Positions 1 to 10,700 of a stretch of DNA of 64,000 nt are shown here, in pieces. The position numbers and the translations under genes are program-made. This DNA is from Longilinea sp. (GTDB taxonomy: Bacteria; Chloroflexota; Anaerolineae; Anaerolineales; Anaerolineaceae). The DNA lies in assembly GCA_017996955.1 (NCBI GenBank), contig JAGOFZ010000001.1:6304-70303 (forward strand). Direction: 5' to 3'. The notes under the pieces are model-generated. The model did not search any database. It was not told the DNA's origin and saw nothing but the letters and a program-made list of their open reading frames with translations. The stretch's first letter is position 1, and every line of letters starts with the position of its first letter.

Positions 1-313
1 TATCGGCGGCATAGCCGTACCAGCCCAGTCCGGCATTATTCACCAGGACATCCACCGGGGGGTGCTCCGCGTTGACGCGCTCAAACAACCGCTGCCGTTC
101 TTCTGCCAGGCTCAAATCCGCCGGGTAGATATAGGCCTGCCCACCGGTGCTTTGAATTTCCTGCGCCAGCGCCTCCAGTCGCTCCTGCCGCCGCGCGGTC
201 AGCAGAACTACCAGCCCTTCGGCTGCCAGCCGCCGCGCCGTTGCTTCGCCAATCCCGCTGGAGGCGCCGGTAATCAGTGCAATTTTTCCTCGCCACGTGA
301 TCCTGGGCTGCAT
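1..313 (-). CDS. SDR-family oxidoreductase, N-terminal part (the gene runs off the window start)
   Basis: My own minus-strand translation from the ATG at 313 gives MQPRITWRGKIALITGASSGIGEATARRLAAEGLVVLLTARRQERLEAL...VDVLVNNAGLGWYG. It carries the TGxxxGIG Rossmann and NNAG motifs. It is absent from the ORF track because there is no stop inside the window. Confidence 0.8.
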   Translation of the reverse strand, partial: MQPRITWRGKIALITGASSGIGEATARRLAAEGLVVLLTARRQERLEALAQEIQSTGGQAYIYPADLSLAEERQRLFERVNAEHPPVDVLVNNAGLGWYGYAAD

Positions 314-314
314 C

Positions 315-1316
315 TTATCCTTTGGCCCGGTCGAACCGCTTGCGGTTCTTGAGCAGCCAGGCCACCGTGTCGCTGATCGTCTGCCGCAGCGGGCGGGGAT
401 TGAAGCCCAGTTCTCGCTCTGCCTTGGCGTGGCTGATTGTCGAATTGCCATCCAGCGTGGCGATGGAGTAGGGTGTGAAGCGCGGCGTGGTGTGTGTCAG
501 GCGGCTGAAAAAAGCCGCAAAATGCGAGAAGAAGCGCGCCAGCCCGGTGGGCAGGCAAATGGATTTGCGCGGCTTGCCCAGTGCTTCGCTCACCAGCTTG
601 AGGATATCCGGCACCTGAATCTGCTGCCCGGAGAGGATATAAGTCTCGCCGGTTCGCCCGCGTTCCGCCGCCAGAATGAGCCCATCGGCGACATCGCGCA
701 CGTCCACAAAATCATAGGCGCCCTTAATAATCATGGCGGTTCTGGTTTTAATCCAATCAAAAATCAGCGCCCCCATTTCAGATAACCGGTAATCATGCGG
801 GCCAATCACCCCGGTGGGGCAGGCAATCACCGCGTCTTGCCCCTCCCGCACGGCTTCCTGCACAGCCATGGAGGCCAGCGCTTTAGACCGATCATAGGCA
901 TTGATGGCATGTTCCGCATCAAATGGCACGGCTTCGTCCACCAGGATGCCGTGCGGAACCCGTTTGAAAGCATGGATGGAGCCGGTATAAATCACCCGTC
1001 CCACGCCAGCCCGGCGTGCCGCGGCCAGCACATTGCGCGTGCCTTGCACGTTCACCCGTTCCACAAAATCATTTTTGCCTGGCAAAATGGTAATCACCCC
1101 GGCCAGGTGATAAACCATATTGACCCCCACCATCGCCTGGGCCAGCGACTCGGGATCCAGCACATTACCCTCGGCATATTCAATCTCCAGCCCTTCCAGG
1201 GCCGAGCGATCTTCGCCGGGTAAGATAAATACGCGCACTCGCTGCCCCAGTTCCAGCAGGCGGCGAACCAATACATTGCCAATGTGACCGGTGGCTCCGG
1301 TAACCAGGTTGAGCAT
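315..1316 (-). CDS. NAD-dependent epimerase/dehydratase (extended SDR, dihydroflavonol-reductase-like)
   Basis: The ORF 315..1343 contains MLNLVTGATGHIGNVLVRRL (GxxGxxG) and the YDRSK catalytic motif. The start is set at the ATG at 1316, which follows a GGAGG (1326-1330). The stop lies 1 nt from the start of the downstream SDR gene. Confidence 0.8.
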   Translation of the reverse strand: MLNLVTGATGHIGNVLVRRLLELGQRVRVFILPGEDRSALEGLEIEYAEGNVLDPESLAQAMVGVNMVYHLAGVITILPGKNDFVERVNVQGTRNVLAAARRAGVGRVIYTGSIHAFKRVPHGILVDEAVPFDAEHAINAYDRSKALASMAVQEAVREGQDAVIACPTGVIGPHDYRLSEMGALIFDWIKTRTAMIIKGAYDFVDVRDVADGLILAAERGRTGETYILSGQQIQVPDILKLVSEALGKPRKSICLPTGLARFFSHFAAFFSRLTHTTPRFTPYSIATLDGNSTISHAKAERELGFNPRPLRQTISDTVAWLLKNRKRFDRAKG

Positions 1317-1341
1317 TTTGTTTTTCCTCCATCTGGATAGC

Positions 1342-1375
1342 AATAAAACATACCGACCAGTCGGTATGTTTTATT
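1342..1375. promoter_or_regulatory. Perfect 34-bp palindrome (16-bp arms, aataaaacataccgac ca gtcggtatgttttatt), operator-like or hairpin
   Basis: I base-paired 1342-1357 with 1360-1375 by hand without a mismatch. It lies 26 nt upstream of the ATG at 1316 and overlaps a minus-strand TATAAT at 1373-1378. Confidence 0.45.
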
Positions 1376-1402
1376 ATACCCACATTGCTGCCCTCAAATC
1401 AA
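1373..1402 (-). promoter_or_regulatory. Candidate sigma70-type promoter (TTGATT-18-TATAAT) for the epimerase/SDR genes
   Basis: The minus strand reads ttgatt tgagggcagcaatgtggg tataat. The -35 is at 1397-1402 and the -10 at 1373-1378. Confidence 0.4.
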
Positions 1403-1435
1403 CACCCCAACCTGTGAATTAACCAAGAGTTTCTT

Positions 1436-1475
1436 AATCAAAACCGGCCTCTCTTTGTGGCAAAGAGAGGCCGGT
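1436..1475 (-). terminator. Intrinsic terminator downstream of glmS
   Basis: A 14-bp stem accggcctctcttt/aaagagaggccggt (1443-1456 / 1462-1475) with loop gtggc. A U-run follows on the minus strand (plus-strand aaaa at 1440-1443). Confidence 0.65.
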
Positions 1476-1493
1476 CGGCTTTCAGCACAATGA

Positions 1494-3287
1494 TTAATCT
1501 ACTGTCAGGGTCTTGCTCAAATTACGTGGGAAATCCGGGTCATAGCCGCGCGCCAGGCTCAGACGATAAGACAGCAGTTGCAACGGCAGCACGCTCAACA
1601 ACGCGCTCAGGGCGCTGTCGGGCGCAGGCGGCATCACAATGCAGTGATCTGCATTGGCGCGCAGCCGGGCATCTTCTTCACCGATGGCAATCGCTTTGCC
1701 GCCCCGGCAGGTCACCTCGTTGATGCCACTGACAATCACCGGCACGTCCTCCGGTCCGGCTACAAACAGCACCGGGTAATTGGGGCTGACGGCAGACAGC
1801 GGCCCGTGCTTGAATTCCGTCGAGAGCATGCCCTCGCAGTGGGCATAGGTGATTTCTTTCAATTTCAGTGCGCCTTCCAGGGCAATGGCATAGGTCAGAC
1901 CGTAGCCCAGGCAGTACAGATCATCCCAGCCCGCCAGCAGCGGCTCAACCGACTGCACCTGACTCTCAACTGCCTCAATGGTCTGCTGCATCAAATCGGG
2001 CAGGGCGGCCAGTGGGGCGGTATCTTCCCCGGCCAGTTTGGTCGCCAGATACAGGAAGGTAATCACCTGATTGGTAAAAGTCTTGGTCGCCGGCACACTG
2101 ATTTCGTAGCCGCAGGCCAGCGGCAAGGTGCGCTCGCAGATGCGCGTCAGGGTTGAGCCAATCACATTCACCAGGCTGAAGGCCGTCATACCGCGGGGTT
2201 TGGCGGCTTCCACCGCGTTGATCACATCTTTAGTTTCACCGCTCTGGCTGACAAAAATACCCACATCGCGCGGTCCCACCGCCGGAAGGTACTGGGCGAT
2301 AAATTGCGGCGCCAGCACCGGGATGGTAGCCCGCCCGGCCAGCCGGCTGAAATAGACGGAGGCGATCATGCAGGCGTGGTAGCTTGTGCCGCAGCCCACC
2401 AGGTAGATGTTCTCAGCTTTCGCCATGTGCGCCAGAATGCGCTCCACATCGCTGTTTTTGTCCAGCAGATGCAGCAGTTCTCTGGCAACCACGGGCTGCT
2501 CATGAATTTCCTTGAGCATGAAGTGCGGGTAACCGCCTTTTTGTGCGGCTTCCATGCTCTCGGTCACCGTCTCAATGGGGCGGTCAATCCGGCTGCCATC
2601 GGCCACCGAGCGCAGTTCAATCCCATCCGGGGATAAGATCGCAATCTCACCGTCCTGAATACGCACAATCTGGCGCGTCAGCGGCAAAATAGAGGGCAGG
2701 TCCGAGGAGATGACCGTGCCGTGTTCCATCACACCTGCCACCAGCCCCGAGCCTTTTTTGAGCGCATACAGCTTCTCTTCACCCACCCGGCCAATCACAA
2801 AGGCATAGTCGCCCGCCAGGTCGTTGTAAGCCTGTCGGATGGCCTCCACCGGCTCCATCCCCCGGTTGATATAACGCTCTACCGCATGCACGCAGCTTTC
2901 GCCGTCGTTGGCCGAACGCATGGTCATGCCCTCGGCGATGAACTGCTGACGCAGTTCTACATTATTAACCACGTTGCCATTATGTGCGCCCACCAGGTCG
3001 CCATCCGAATCCAGGTGCGGCTGCGCATTCACCTGCGAAGGCGTACCAAAGGTTGCCCAGCGCAGCTGCAGAATGCCCCGGCTGCCGAGCATATCAGCAA
3101 AGCCCAGCCGGTCGGCCACTTCAACCACCTTGCCGACATCTTTACGCAGATCAATGGTGCCATCCTGGTGCACCGTGGCGCATCCCACCGAATCGTATCC
3201 CCGATAAGAAAGCCGCAGTCCTGCATCAATCAGGATCGGGCCAAGCTGTTGTTCACGGTCTGTGATGATGCCGAAAATTCCGCACAC
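1494..3287 (-). CDS. glmS: Glutamine--fructose-6-phosphate aminotransferase (isomerizing)
   Basis: N-terminal MCGIFG nucleophile Cys, two SIS-domain regions and a C-terminal ...LSKTLTVD. GTG start, GGGAGA SD. Confidence 0.95.
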   Translation of the reverse strand: MCGIFGIITDREQQLGPILIDAGLRLSYRGYDSVGCATVHQDGTIDLRKDVGKVVEVADRLGFADMLGSRGILQLRWATFGTPSQVNAQPHLDSDGDLVGAHNGNVVNNVELRQQFIAEGMTMRSANDGESCVHAVERYINRGMEPVEAIRQAYNDLAGDYAFVIGRVGEEKLYALKKGSGLVAGVMEHGTVISSDLPSILPLTRQIVRIQDGEIAILSPDGIELRSVADGSRIDRPIETVTESMEAAQKGGYPHFMLKEIHEQPVVARELLHLLDKNSDVERILAHMAKAENIYLVGCGTSYHACMIASVYFSRLAGRATIPVLAPQFIAQYLPAVGPRDVGIFVSQSGETKDVINAVEAAKPRGMTAFSLVNVIGSTLTRICERTLPLACGYEISVPATKTFTNQVITFLYLATKLAGEDTAPLAALPDLMQQTIEAVESQVQSVEPLLAGWDDLYCLGYGLTYAIALEGALKLKEITYAHCEGMLSTEFKHGPLSAVSPNYPVLFVAGPEDVPVIVSGINEVTCRGGKAIAIGEEDARLRANADHCIVMPPAPDSALSALLSVLPLQLLSYRLSLARGYDPDFPRNLSKTLTVD

Positions 3288-3369
3288 GCCTTTTATCTCC
3301 CTATAATAGATTTTTTGCTCAAACGCGGCTAATTATACCCGCATAACCACCGCTCTGCAGCCTCTTGTT

Positions 3370-4680
3370 TTATGGTGTTGCCCAGATGGAATTGCCATCG
3401 CCAATGCCCCCCACCAGCCAGAGCCGACCATCGGGCCCGGCTGCCGCCGTTACAATTTTCATCTCAGCCGCCGGGTTGCTCGCCCCTGGTTCCAACGCAT
3501 AAACTGCCTGCCGGGTGAGCCGCCATGCCGTCCCATCTGCGTCAAACAAAACGTGTTCATCTTCCACCGGGTTGATTTCGGTCAGTGCTGTCCACTGACC
3601 ATCTGCCAGGCGGTAGCGCTGAGCTAACAGGTCACAGCCTGCCTCTCCACACAGGGCCAGCCGCGGCCAGACCGTTCCATTTGCCGCCACAGGCAGATCC
3701 AGCACCACACTCCAGGTCATCTGTGTGTCTTCAAGGGCGGGCGCTGCCTGCTGCTGCCAGGCCTCGCTTTGAGCCGAATACTGCCATACTTCCCCAGTCC
3801 CCCCCGCCCAGACATCCCCCCCGGCATTGGCTGTCAGCGCCGAAATACAGATGTTATCATCGGGCAGCCCGCCATCTTCCCAGTAGCGCCCGTTGAAGTA
3901 CCGCAGCCCGCCGCCCCCGATGGGCTTGCCATTCTCCCAGTTGCACCCGCCCAGCCAGGCGGTATCTGTGCCGGGTACCACCGTAAGCGCCAGCGTGGTC
4001 GTCACGGACTTGCGCCAGGGCAGCGGCAGTCCTGTGGTGGATGGGGTTGAAACCACCCAGCGCTTGCCATCAAACCGCCGCACATCCCAGGCGGTCAGCA
4101 GCCACAGCCGCCCATTCGAGTCCGTGAACAGCCCCGGCTGCACCCGGTCTCGCAGCGGATGCTCTGCCAGCGGCAGCCAGCCCTCTTCCGCACCATAGTG
4201 TAGCCAGCTAAATCCATCCCAGCTCGAAATTTGACCGCCGGAGGCCGAAATTACCCAGATCTGCCCGGTGTCATCCGCCCCCACCACCTGATCCCAGAAG
4301 CGCGTCAGATAGACCTGCCGCTCGTTTGCAAAAATGCGCGCCACACCCCGATCAGAAGATAACCACAGCGCCCCATCCGCCGGCAGGTATAACCCGTTTA
4401 ACAGCCCGGGCAGCAGCGTTTCGGCGCTTGCCACCAATCGAAACGGCCCCAGTTGCAGCACTGGCGTCGGTGAGGGCGGGATGGGCGTGCGTGTGGCTTT
4501 GGGCGGCGCCGCAGTCGGCGTGGTCGTTGCCGTAGGCGCTGGCGGCAGGGTCGGAGCAATCACTGTTGGGGTGATGCAGCCCGCCAGCAGGATCATCAAA
4601 AACATCCCCGCGATGAGCTGTCCTGGTCTCTGTATCCTTTGGCTCAATTGAGCGTTGCCGCGCATAGCTTGCTTGTCCAT
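3370..4680 (-). CDS. Lipoprotein with Pro/Thr-rich linker and W/G-rich beta-propeller-like repeats (function unknown)
   Basis: Lipobox LLAGC, then the linker APTLPPAPTATTTPTAAPPKATRTPIPPSPTP, then repeated GxxW/WxG blocks. A TACAAT lies 6 nt upstream of the ATG. Confidence 0.6.
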   Translation of the reverse strand: MDKQAMRGNAQLSQRIQRPGQLIAGMFLMILLAGCITPTVIAPTLPPAPTATTTPTAAPPKATRTPIPPSPTPVLQLGPFRLVASAETLLPGLLNGLYLPADGALWLSSDRGVARIFANERQVYLTRFWDQVVGADDTGQIWVISASGGQISSWDGFSWLHYGAEEGWLPLAEHPLRDRVQPGLFTDSNGRLWLLTAWDVRRFDGKRWVVSTPSTTGLPLPWRKSVTTTLALTVVPGTDTAWLGGCNWENGKPIGGGGLRYFNGRYWEDGGLPDDNICISALTANAGGDVWAGGTGEVWQYSAQSEAWQQQAAPALEDTQMTWSVVLDLPVAANGTVWPRLALCGEAGCDLLAQRYRLADGQWTALTEINPVEDEHVLFDADGTAWRLTRQAVYALEPGASNPAAEMKIVTAAAGPDGRLWLVGGIGDGNSIWATP

Positions 4681-4741
4681 GCCGTAATTGTACGATAGAA
4701 TAACCCTGACAGGCTAAATTCATCCGCATTGGAGGCCATTC

Positions 4742-6070
4742 ATGCCACAGGCTGTTTATCATTTCCCGCGCGGGTTCCTCTGGGGCGCAGCAACCGCAGC
4801 GCATCAGGTTGAAGGCGGCAATACCAACAATAACTGGTCTGCCTGGGAGGAGCAGCCGGGGCACATCAAACAGGGGCACCGCTCTGGCCTGGCCTGTGAT
4901 TGGTGGGGCGGCCGCTGGAAAGAAGACCTGGATCGCGCCGCCGAAACAGGTCAGAATGCCCATCGCTTCTCGGTGGAATGGAGCCGCGTTCAACCCACCC
5001 CCGACCACTGGGATGAACATGCCATTGATTATTACCGCGAAATCCTGCGCGGCATGGTCAGTCGGGGCATCACCCCCCTGGTTACCCTGCATCACTTCAC
5101 CGATCCACTCTGGCTCATGGAACAGGGCGGCTGGGAAAATGACGAAACCCCCGGGCGCTTTGCCCGCTTTGTTGAAAAGGTGGTCGAGGCCTTCAAAGAA
5201 TATGCCACCCTGTGGACCACCATCAACGAGCCGAATGTTTATTTTTACTTTGGCTATGTGGATGGCGTCTTCCCCCCCGGCAAAAAAGATTTGAAAGCCG
5301 CCTTCCACGTCTTGCTCAATCTGGTGCGCGGCCACACCCTGGCTTACCGCATCATCCATACCATCCAACCCGAAGCGCGCGTTGGGTTTGCCCTCAATTA
5401 CCGCTCGTTTGTGCCCCAAACCTCCTGGTCTCCCCTGGATAAATTCCAGGCTCGCCTGCGCTTTTCTGCTTATAATGAATCTTTCTCCAATGCCCTGCTG
5501 ACGGGGCATGTTCGCCTGCCTGGTCATGCCGCCCGCCTGCGTGATGCTATCGGCACACAGGACTATTTCGGCCTCAATTACTACACCCGTGACCTGGTGG
5601 CCTTTGACCTGCGCTGCCCGCGCCAGCTTTTTGCCCGCAGCAGCTACCCCCCTGGCGCCGCCCTGAGTGAAACCGGCTTTCTGGCTAACGTGCCCGCCGG
5701 CCTCTTTGAAGCCCTGCGCTGGGCGCGGCGTTTTGAGGTGCCCATCATCATCACTGAGAACGGCTGGGAAGATTCAGATGATACTAACCGCCCGCGCTAT
5801 CTGGTCGAGCATCTCCACCAGGTCTGGCGTGCGGTCAATTACACCTGGCCCATCAAGGGTTACTTCCACTGGTCATTGGTGGACAACTTTGAATGGGAAC
5901 GCGGCTGGACGCAGCGCTTTGGCCTCTGGGGCCTGGATGTGAATACCCAGGCTCGCATCCGCCGCCCCAGCGTGGACCTCTATGCTGCCATTTGCCGGGA
6001 GAACGGCATCTCCTCCGAGATGGTCACCCGCTATGCGCCCCAGGCGCTGCCGCTGCTGTTCCCGGAGTAA
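4742..6070 (+). CDS. Glycoside hydrolase family 1 beta-glucosidase
   Basis: FLWGAATAAHQVEG, TINEPNVY (acid/base Glu) and IIITENGW (nucleophile Glu) motifs. GGAGG SD. Confidence 0.9.
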   Translation: MPQAVYHFPRGFLWGAATAAHQVEGGNTNNNWSAWEEQPGHIKQGHRSGLACDWWGGRWKEDLDRAAETGQNAHRFSVEWSRVQPTPDHWDEHAIDYYREILRGMVSRGITPLVTLHHFTDPLWLMEQGGWENDETPGRFARFVEKVVEAFKEYATLWTTINEPNVYFYFGYVDGVFPPGKKDLKAAFHVLLNLVRGHTLAYRIIHTIQPEARVGFALNYRSFVPQTSWSPLDKFQARLRFSAYNESFSNALLTGHVRLPGHAARLRDAIGTQDYFGLNYYTRDLVAFDLRCPRQLFARSSYPPGAALSETGFLANVPAGLFEALRWARRFEVPIIITENGWEDSDDTNRPRYLVEHLHQVWRAVNYTWPIKGYFHWSLVDNFEWERGWTQRFGLWGLDVNTQARIRRPSVDLYAAICRENGISSEMVTRYAPQALPLLFPE

Positions 6071-6085
6071 CCCATTGGAGCTGTT

Positions 6086-7777
6086 ATGCGTACCCGCATC
6101 GCTCTCATTTTGTTCTGCGCGCTGTTAGCGGCCTGCACCGCAGATCCGCCAGCCACCCTCACACCTGCCTCAACCTCATCCACCCCCACCCCACCGCTGG
6201 CCTGGCAGACCTACTCCAATCCGCAGTGGGGGCTCACGCTCAGTTACCCCACCGACTGGCAGTTGACCGAGCAGCCCGGTGATGCGCAAACCCTCCCCGC
6301 CCTGCTGCTGCAGTACCCCGGCGCAGATTTGATTCTCTATTACCACCGGTTTGATTTGCCCGGTCATTACGAATTTCCGCGCGGTGCTGGTCAGCTTGAG
6401 CCGGTAGGCTCGGCCAGCCTGTTCAATCAAAATATCGCCCGCCAGGTACTGATGAATAACGGCCAACCCATGGCGGTCTATTATGGCGGCGGTGCCGAGA
6501 TTTCAGCCGGACCCTGGAGCCTGGCGGCGGCCCTCATTTCACAGGGTGATCCGCTTAGCCCGGTGGTGCAGGCCCAGGCAGATGAAATCCTGGCGACCAT
6601 TGCCCTCATCCCCATGGCCGCCACGCCCACACCAGCGCCCCTGCCGCCCACCCCACCGCCGCCGGTTCCACTTTCCGCCGGCCAGGATATTCAGATGAGC
6701 GCCGGCTTCTGCTTTGACCTCGACGCTGGCCGGTTGATGTCCTCCAACGCTGCCTGTGACTTTTTGCTGCGCACCAACCCCGCTCTGGAAGCCAATACCA
6801 TTTTGTTCGTCCCTGTATCACCGGCGCGCTTCACCGCGCAGCCAGCCGGGCAGGCTGCCTGTTCCCCCGATCTTCCCGGCCTGAGTACCGCCGCGCAGAT
6901 CCTCACCGCCGCAGACCTGCCGGGTACCTCGCTGTGCTACCAAACCCAGTCCGGCTATGTCGGTCAAATGGTCTTGCGCCAATTGAATTACGAAACCCTG
7001 ACTTTTGACTATCAGACCAGCGAGGCCCTGGGCGCTGCCCCGGCTTCAACCGGGCTGGCTGTGGAATTTCTGGGTGATGTGACCATCCCCGACTATACCC
7101 GCATCACTCCCGGCGAGGCCTTCACCAAAACCTGGCAGTTCAAGAACACCGGTTCTGCCGCCTGGAACACCCAGTTTGCCCTGGTATTTGTCTCTGGCGC
7201 CCAGATGGGCGCTCAGCCGGTTATCCCGCTGGGCAGCGAGGTGCCACCCGGGCAGACCGTGAACCTGTCGGCAACCCTGGTAGCCCCGGACCAGCCCGGC
7301 ACATATGTGGGTTACTGGATGCTGCAAGATGCCGCCGGGCAGCGTTTTGGCCTGGGACAATATACAAACGAGCCTTTTTATGTCATCATCCAATCGGCCG
7401 AGCCACAGCCCGACCTGACTGCCACTCCGCCGCTAATCAGCGGCAATCTGCGCATCATGGATGCCGCCCTGACCGCCGAGCCGACTACTTACAGCGGCGC
7501 CTGCCCGGCATCCGTTGCCTTCACAGGCCGCATCACCACCGATGGCCTGGGCACCTTCACCTATCAACTGGAAGCTGGCAGCGGCACACCCGGATTCGCC
7601 TTTACCCTGCCGCCCTCAGAGGCGGTCAGCGTCATCACCGGCGGCATGCAGTCGCTGGATGTTTCCTTTGAGCTGACGTTTACCGACTCTGTCTCAGGCT
7701 GGGCGCGGCTCAAGGTCATTGGCCCCAAAAACACCGTCCAGACGCTGGATATTCCCCTCCGCATCACCTGCCGTTAG
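6086..7777 (+). CDS. Lipoprotein with NBR1-like (Nbr1_FW/Ig-like) domain
   Basis: Lipobox LLAAC. The segment ITPGEAFTKTWQFKNTGSAAWNTQFALVFVSGAQMG...PGTYVGYWMLQDAAGQRFG resembles the Nbr1 FW fold. Confidence 0.6.
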   Translation: MRTRIALILFCALLAACTADPPATLTPASTSSTPTPPLAWQTYSNPQWGLTLSYPTDWQLTEQPGDAQTLPALLLQYPGADLILYYHRFDLPGHYEFPRGAGQLEPVGSASLFNQNIARQVLMNNGQPMAVYYGGGAEISAGPWSLAAALISQGDPLSPVVQAQADEILATIALIPMAATPTPAPLPPTPPPPVPLSAGQDIQMSAGFCFDLDAGRLMSSNAACDFLLRTNPALEANTILFVPVSPARFTAQPAGQAACSPDLPGLSTAAQILTAADLPGTSLCYQTQSGYVGQMVLRQLNYETLTFDYQTSEALGAAPASTGLAVEFLGDVTIPDYTRITPGEAFTKTWQFKNTGSAAWNTQFALVFVSGAQMGAQPVIPLGSEVPPGQTVNLSATLVAPDQPGTYVGYWMLQDAAGQRFGLGQYTNEPFYVIIQSAEPQPDLTATPPLISGNLRIMDAALTAEPTTYSGACPASVAFTGRITTDGLGTFTYQLEAGSGTPGFAFTLPPSEAVSVITGGMQSLDVSFELTFTDSVSGWARLKVIGPKNTVQTLDIPLRITCR

Positions 7778-10700
7778 CCGAAATCAAGGCTCTTTCAATC
7801 AGCTCCAGCAGGTCGCGGGTATGGAACGGGCGCGCCAGCACAGCATCCGCACCGGTGGTCAGGCACCGTTCCCGGTCGGCGGCATCGCTGCTGGTCGGCA
7901 GCGCCAGAATCGGCAGGTGGGTTGTTTGCGGGGTTGTCCGCAGCAGTTGAATAACGCTCAGCCCTCTGGCTTCTGGAAAACTTGTATCGATCAGCACAAT
8001 ATCGGGCTGTTCGCTGCCTGCCGCCGTCACGGCTTCTGGTCCGGCCCGCACCAGCCCCACATCATAGCCGCTGGAAGACAGCCGCGAATAGAGCACCTGC
8101 GTATTTTCTGGATTATCTACCACCAGCAGAATCTGGCGGGGCTGCGGTTCCACCCGTGCGCCGTGAGCATTACTCGAGTACAGTGGAATGCACACCGTAA
8201 AGCGGCTGCCCTGGCTGGGCGCGCTTTCCACATTCAGGTCCCAGCCATGCAGTTTGGATAATTCCTTTACCAATGGCAGTCCCAGCCCGCTGCCACCCTG
8301 TCGCTTGCCCGTCGCATTGACCTGGAAGAAAGGCCTGAAGAGCTGCGCCTGGTCTGCTTCAGATATGCCAATCCCCGTATCCCACACCGTCAGGCGCAGT
8401 TGATTTAGATCGTTTTGCCGCCCCACCGTCAGGCCAATTTTCCCCGGCGTCGGTGTGAATTTAATCGCATTGCCCAGCAGGTTCACCAGAATGCGCCGCA
8501 GTTGCAACGGGTCCGCCTGCACCGTTGGCAGGTCGGGTTCAATTTCTACCAATAATTCCAGCCCCTTTTCTTCAGCCAGCTGCCGGATAATTTCAACGCT
8601 CTCCTGGCAGACCGCCTCAAGCGAAATTTCCTGCCAGTCCAGTTTCAGCATCCCTGCTTGTAGTTTGGACAGATCAAAGGCATCATTGATTAAGCGCTTC
8701 AAATGTTCCCCCGAAATTTGAATGGCTTTCAGTGCATCATCCTGACGGTCTGTAATGGGACCATACGTCTGTTCTTGTAACGCTTCGGCCACAGATAAAA
8801 TCGCGCTGAGCGGCGTCTTCAGATCATGGCTCATATTGCGCAGAAACGCATTTTTGATCTCATCGGCGCGCTGCAGTTCGGCATTCGCCTGGCTCAGTTC
8901 CTCTGTACGTTCTGCCAGCTTTTCTTCTGTCTCCCGGCGGGCTGTAATATCGCGGCAGACCGCCACCAATCGGCTGACCTGATCACTTCCAGGGTCAATC
9001 ACCGGCCGGACCGAGGCCTCCATCCAGAACAACTTGCCATCGTTTTGAAACGCGCGAAAGACAATCGTGAATGGCTCTTTTTTGCCCAGTACATGGGTTC
9101 GGGCGGCATCCAAAACGCCGGGCAAATCATCCGGATGGATAAATTTCAACCCATCCATGCTGGGCATTATATCGGCTGGAACGCCGAATAAATACCGGCT
9201 GGACGGTGTGGTGAAGATAACCCGCCCTTCCAGATCAACCATGCTGATCAGTTCGCCAATGTTCTCGGCCAGGGTCTGGTAATTTTTCTGGCTCTCTTCC
9301 AATGCTTTCAGGGTCGCCTCATTTTGAATGGCAGCTTCAAGCGTCAGCGCCGCAATGCGGCAGGCCTCAATTTCGGGCGCGGCCCATTCTCGGTCTATAT
9401 TGTTGTCCGAAAAACTGATGGCTCCCCAGAACTTTCCCTGATAAAAGATCGGCACCTGAAAATTGGAAGCCAGCCCAAAGATGTCCATAATTTTTTGCAC
9501 TGCTTCTGGCTGCTCCGAGCGGCGCGAGATGACAACTTTACCTTCTGATAGCGGGGCCATGCCCTTAGCCAGTGCCGCTATAACCACTGCTTGCTTTTCT
9601 GGTGTTAATTCGGCTATTCGTTCAGGAACGATGGACCTTGGCCAGGGGATGTATGTTTCAAATGGCCAGAAAGCTTCAGGCGCGTTTGGCAGGTGGACAA
9701 TAGACGCCTGGGTAACTTCCAGAGCCTTGCTCAACCGCGCCAGAACCTCAGGCATCTCAGATTTCCAATTGGCGTTGGATAGAAACCGCGCCGCGGCAAA
9801 CCCCACCGCTTCCAGCACAGCTTCGCGGCGCTGCAGTGCGGCTTCAATCTGCTTGCGTGCCTGAATATCTGTGTGTGTGCCAACAACCTTTTTGATCCGC
9901 CCCTGGTCGTCCCATTCCACAATTCGCCCCCGGTCCCGCACCCACAGCCAGTCACCATTCTTGCGCCGCAGGCGCATCTCCACCTCATAAAAGGGCGCCC
10001 GCCCCTCCAGATGATCCGTCATGGCCTGCTGAACGCCCGGCAAATCATCCGGGTGTGATAGCTGCGACCAGTACTGCAGACTGTTCGAAATTTCGTTCAC
10101 CTGATAGCCCAGCATCTTCGCCAGGCTTGCGCTGATCATCACATCGCCGGTAGCGACATTCCATTCCCAATATCCATCGGTGCTCGACTCAAGCACCAAT
10201 TTCAACCGGTCTTGGGTATCTGCCAGTTCACGGGTTCGCTCCACAACCTGGTTTTCCAGCGCGGTCCGCCACGCGCGCACCGTTTCATCAGATTGCTTTT
10301 CCTGGCTGATGTCCACCAGCACCCCTTGCAGGGCCATCGGCTTTTTCTGGTCATTCAGCAGCACATGCGCTTCATCGCGCACCCAGATCAGCCGCCCTTC
10401 TTTGGTCACCATGCGATATTCCAGTTCATAAGGAATATGCTCAATCTGGCTTTTCTCGAAGGTGCTCACCACTCGTTCCCGGTCATCGGAGTGAATCTGA
10501 CTCGCCCATCGTTCACCGTCATCGGTCCATTCTTCCACTGTGAAGCCCGTCAAAGTCTCAATATGTGGGCTGATGTAGGTTGCCCGGCTGCCCGGCTTCA
10601 GTGGCACAACATAGACAAATGCTGGCAGTTGATCCACCAGATCGGCAAACATTTGGCGAGATGTTTTTGTTTCATCAATAATTTTTTTGTTATGCCTGGC

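Noticed and set aside
3288-3369. Possible glmS ribozyme upstream of glmS
   Set aside because: Only about 80 nt separate glmS from the preceding gene. They contain a TATAAT (3332-3337) and a GGGAGA SD but nothing resembling the roughly 170-nt ribozyme core. That is too short and there are no conserved blocks.
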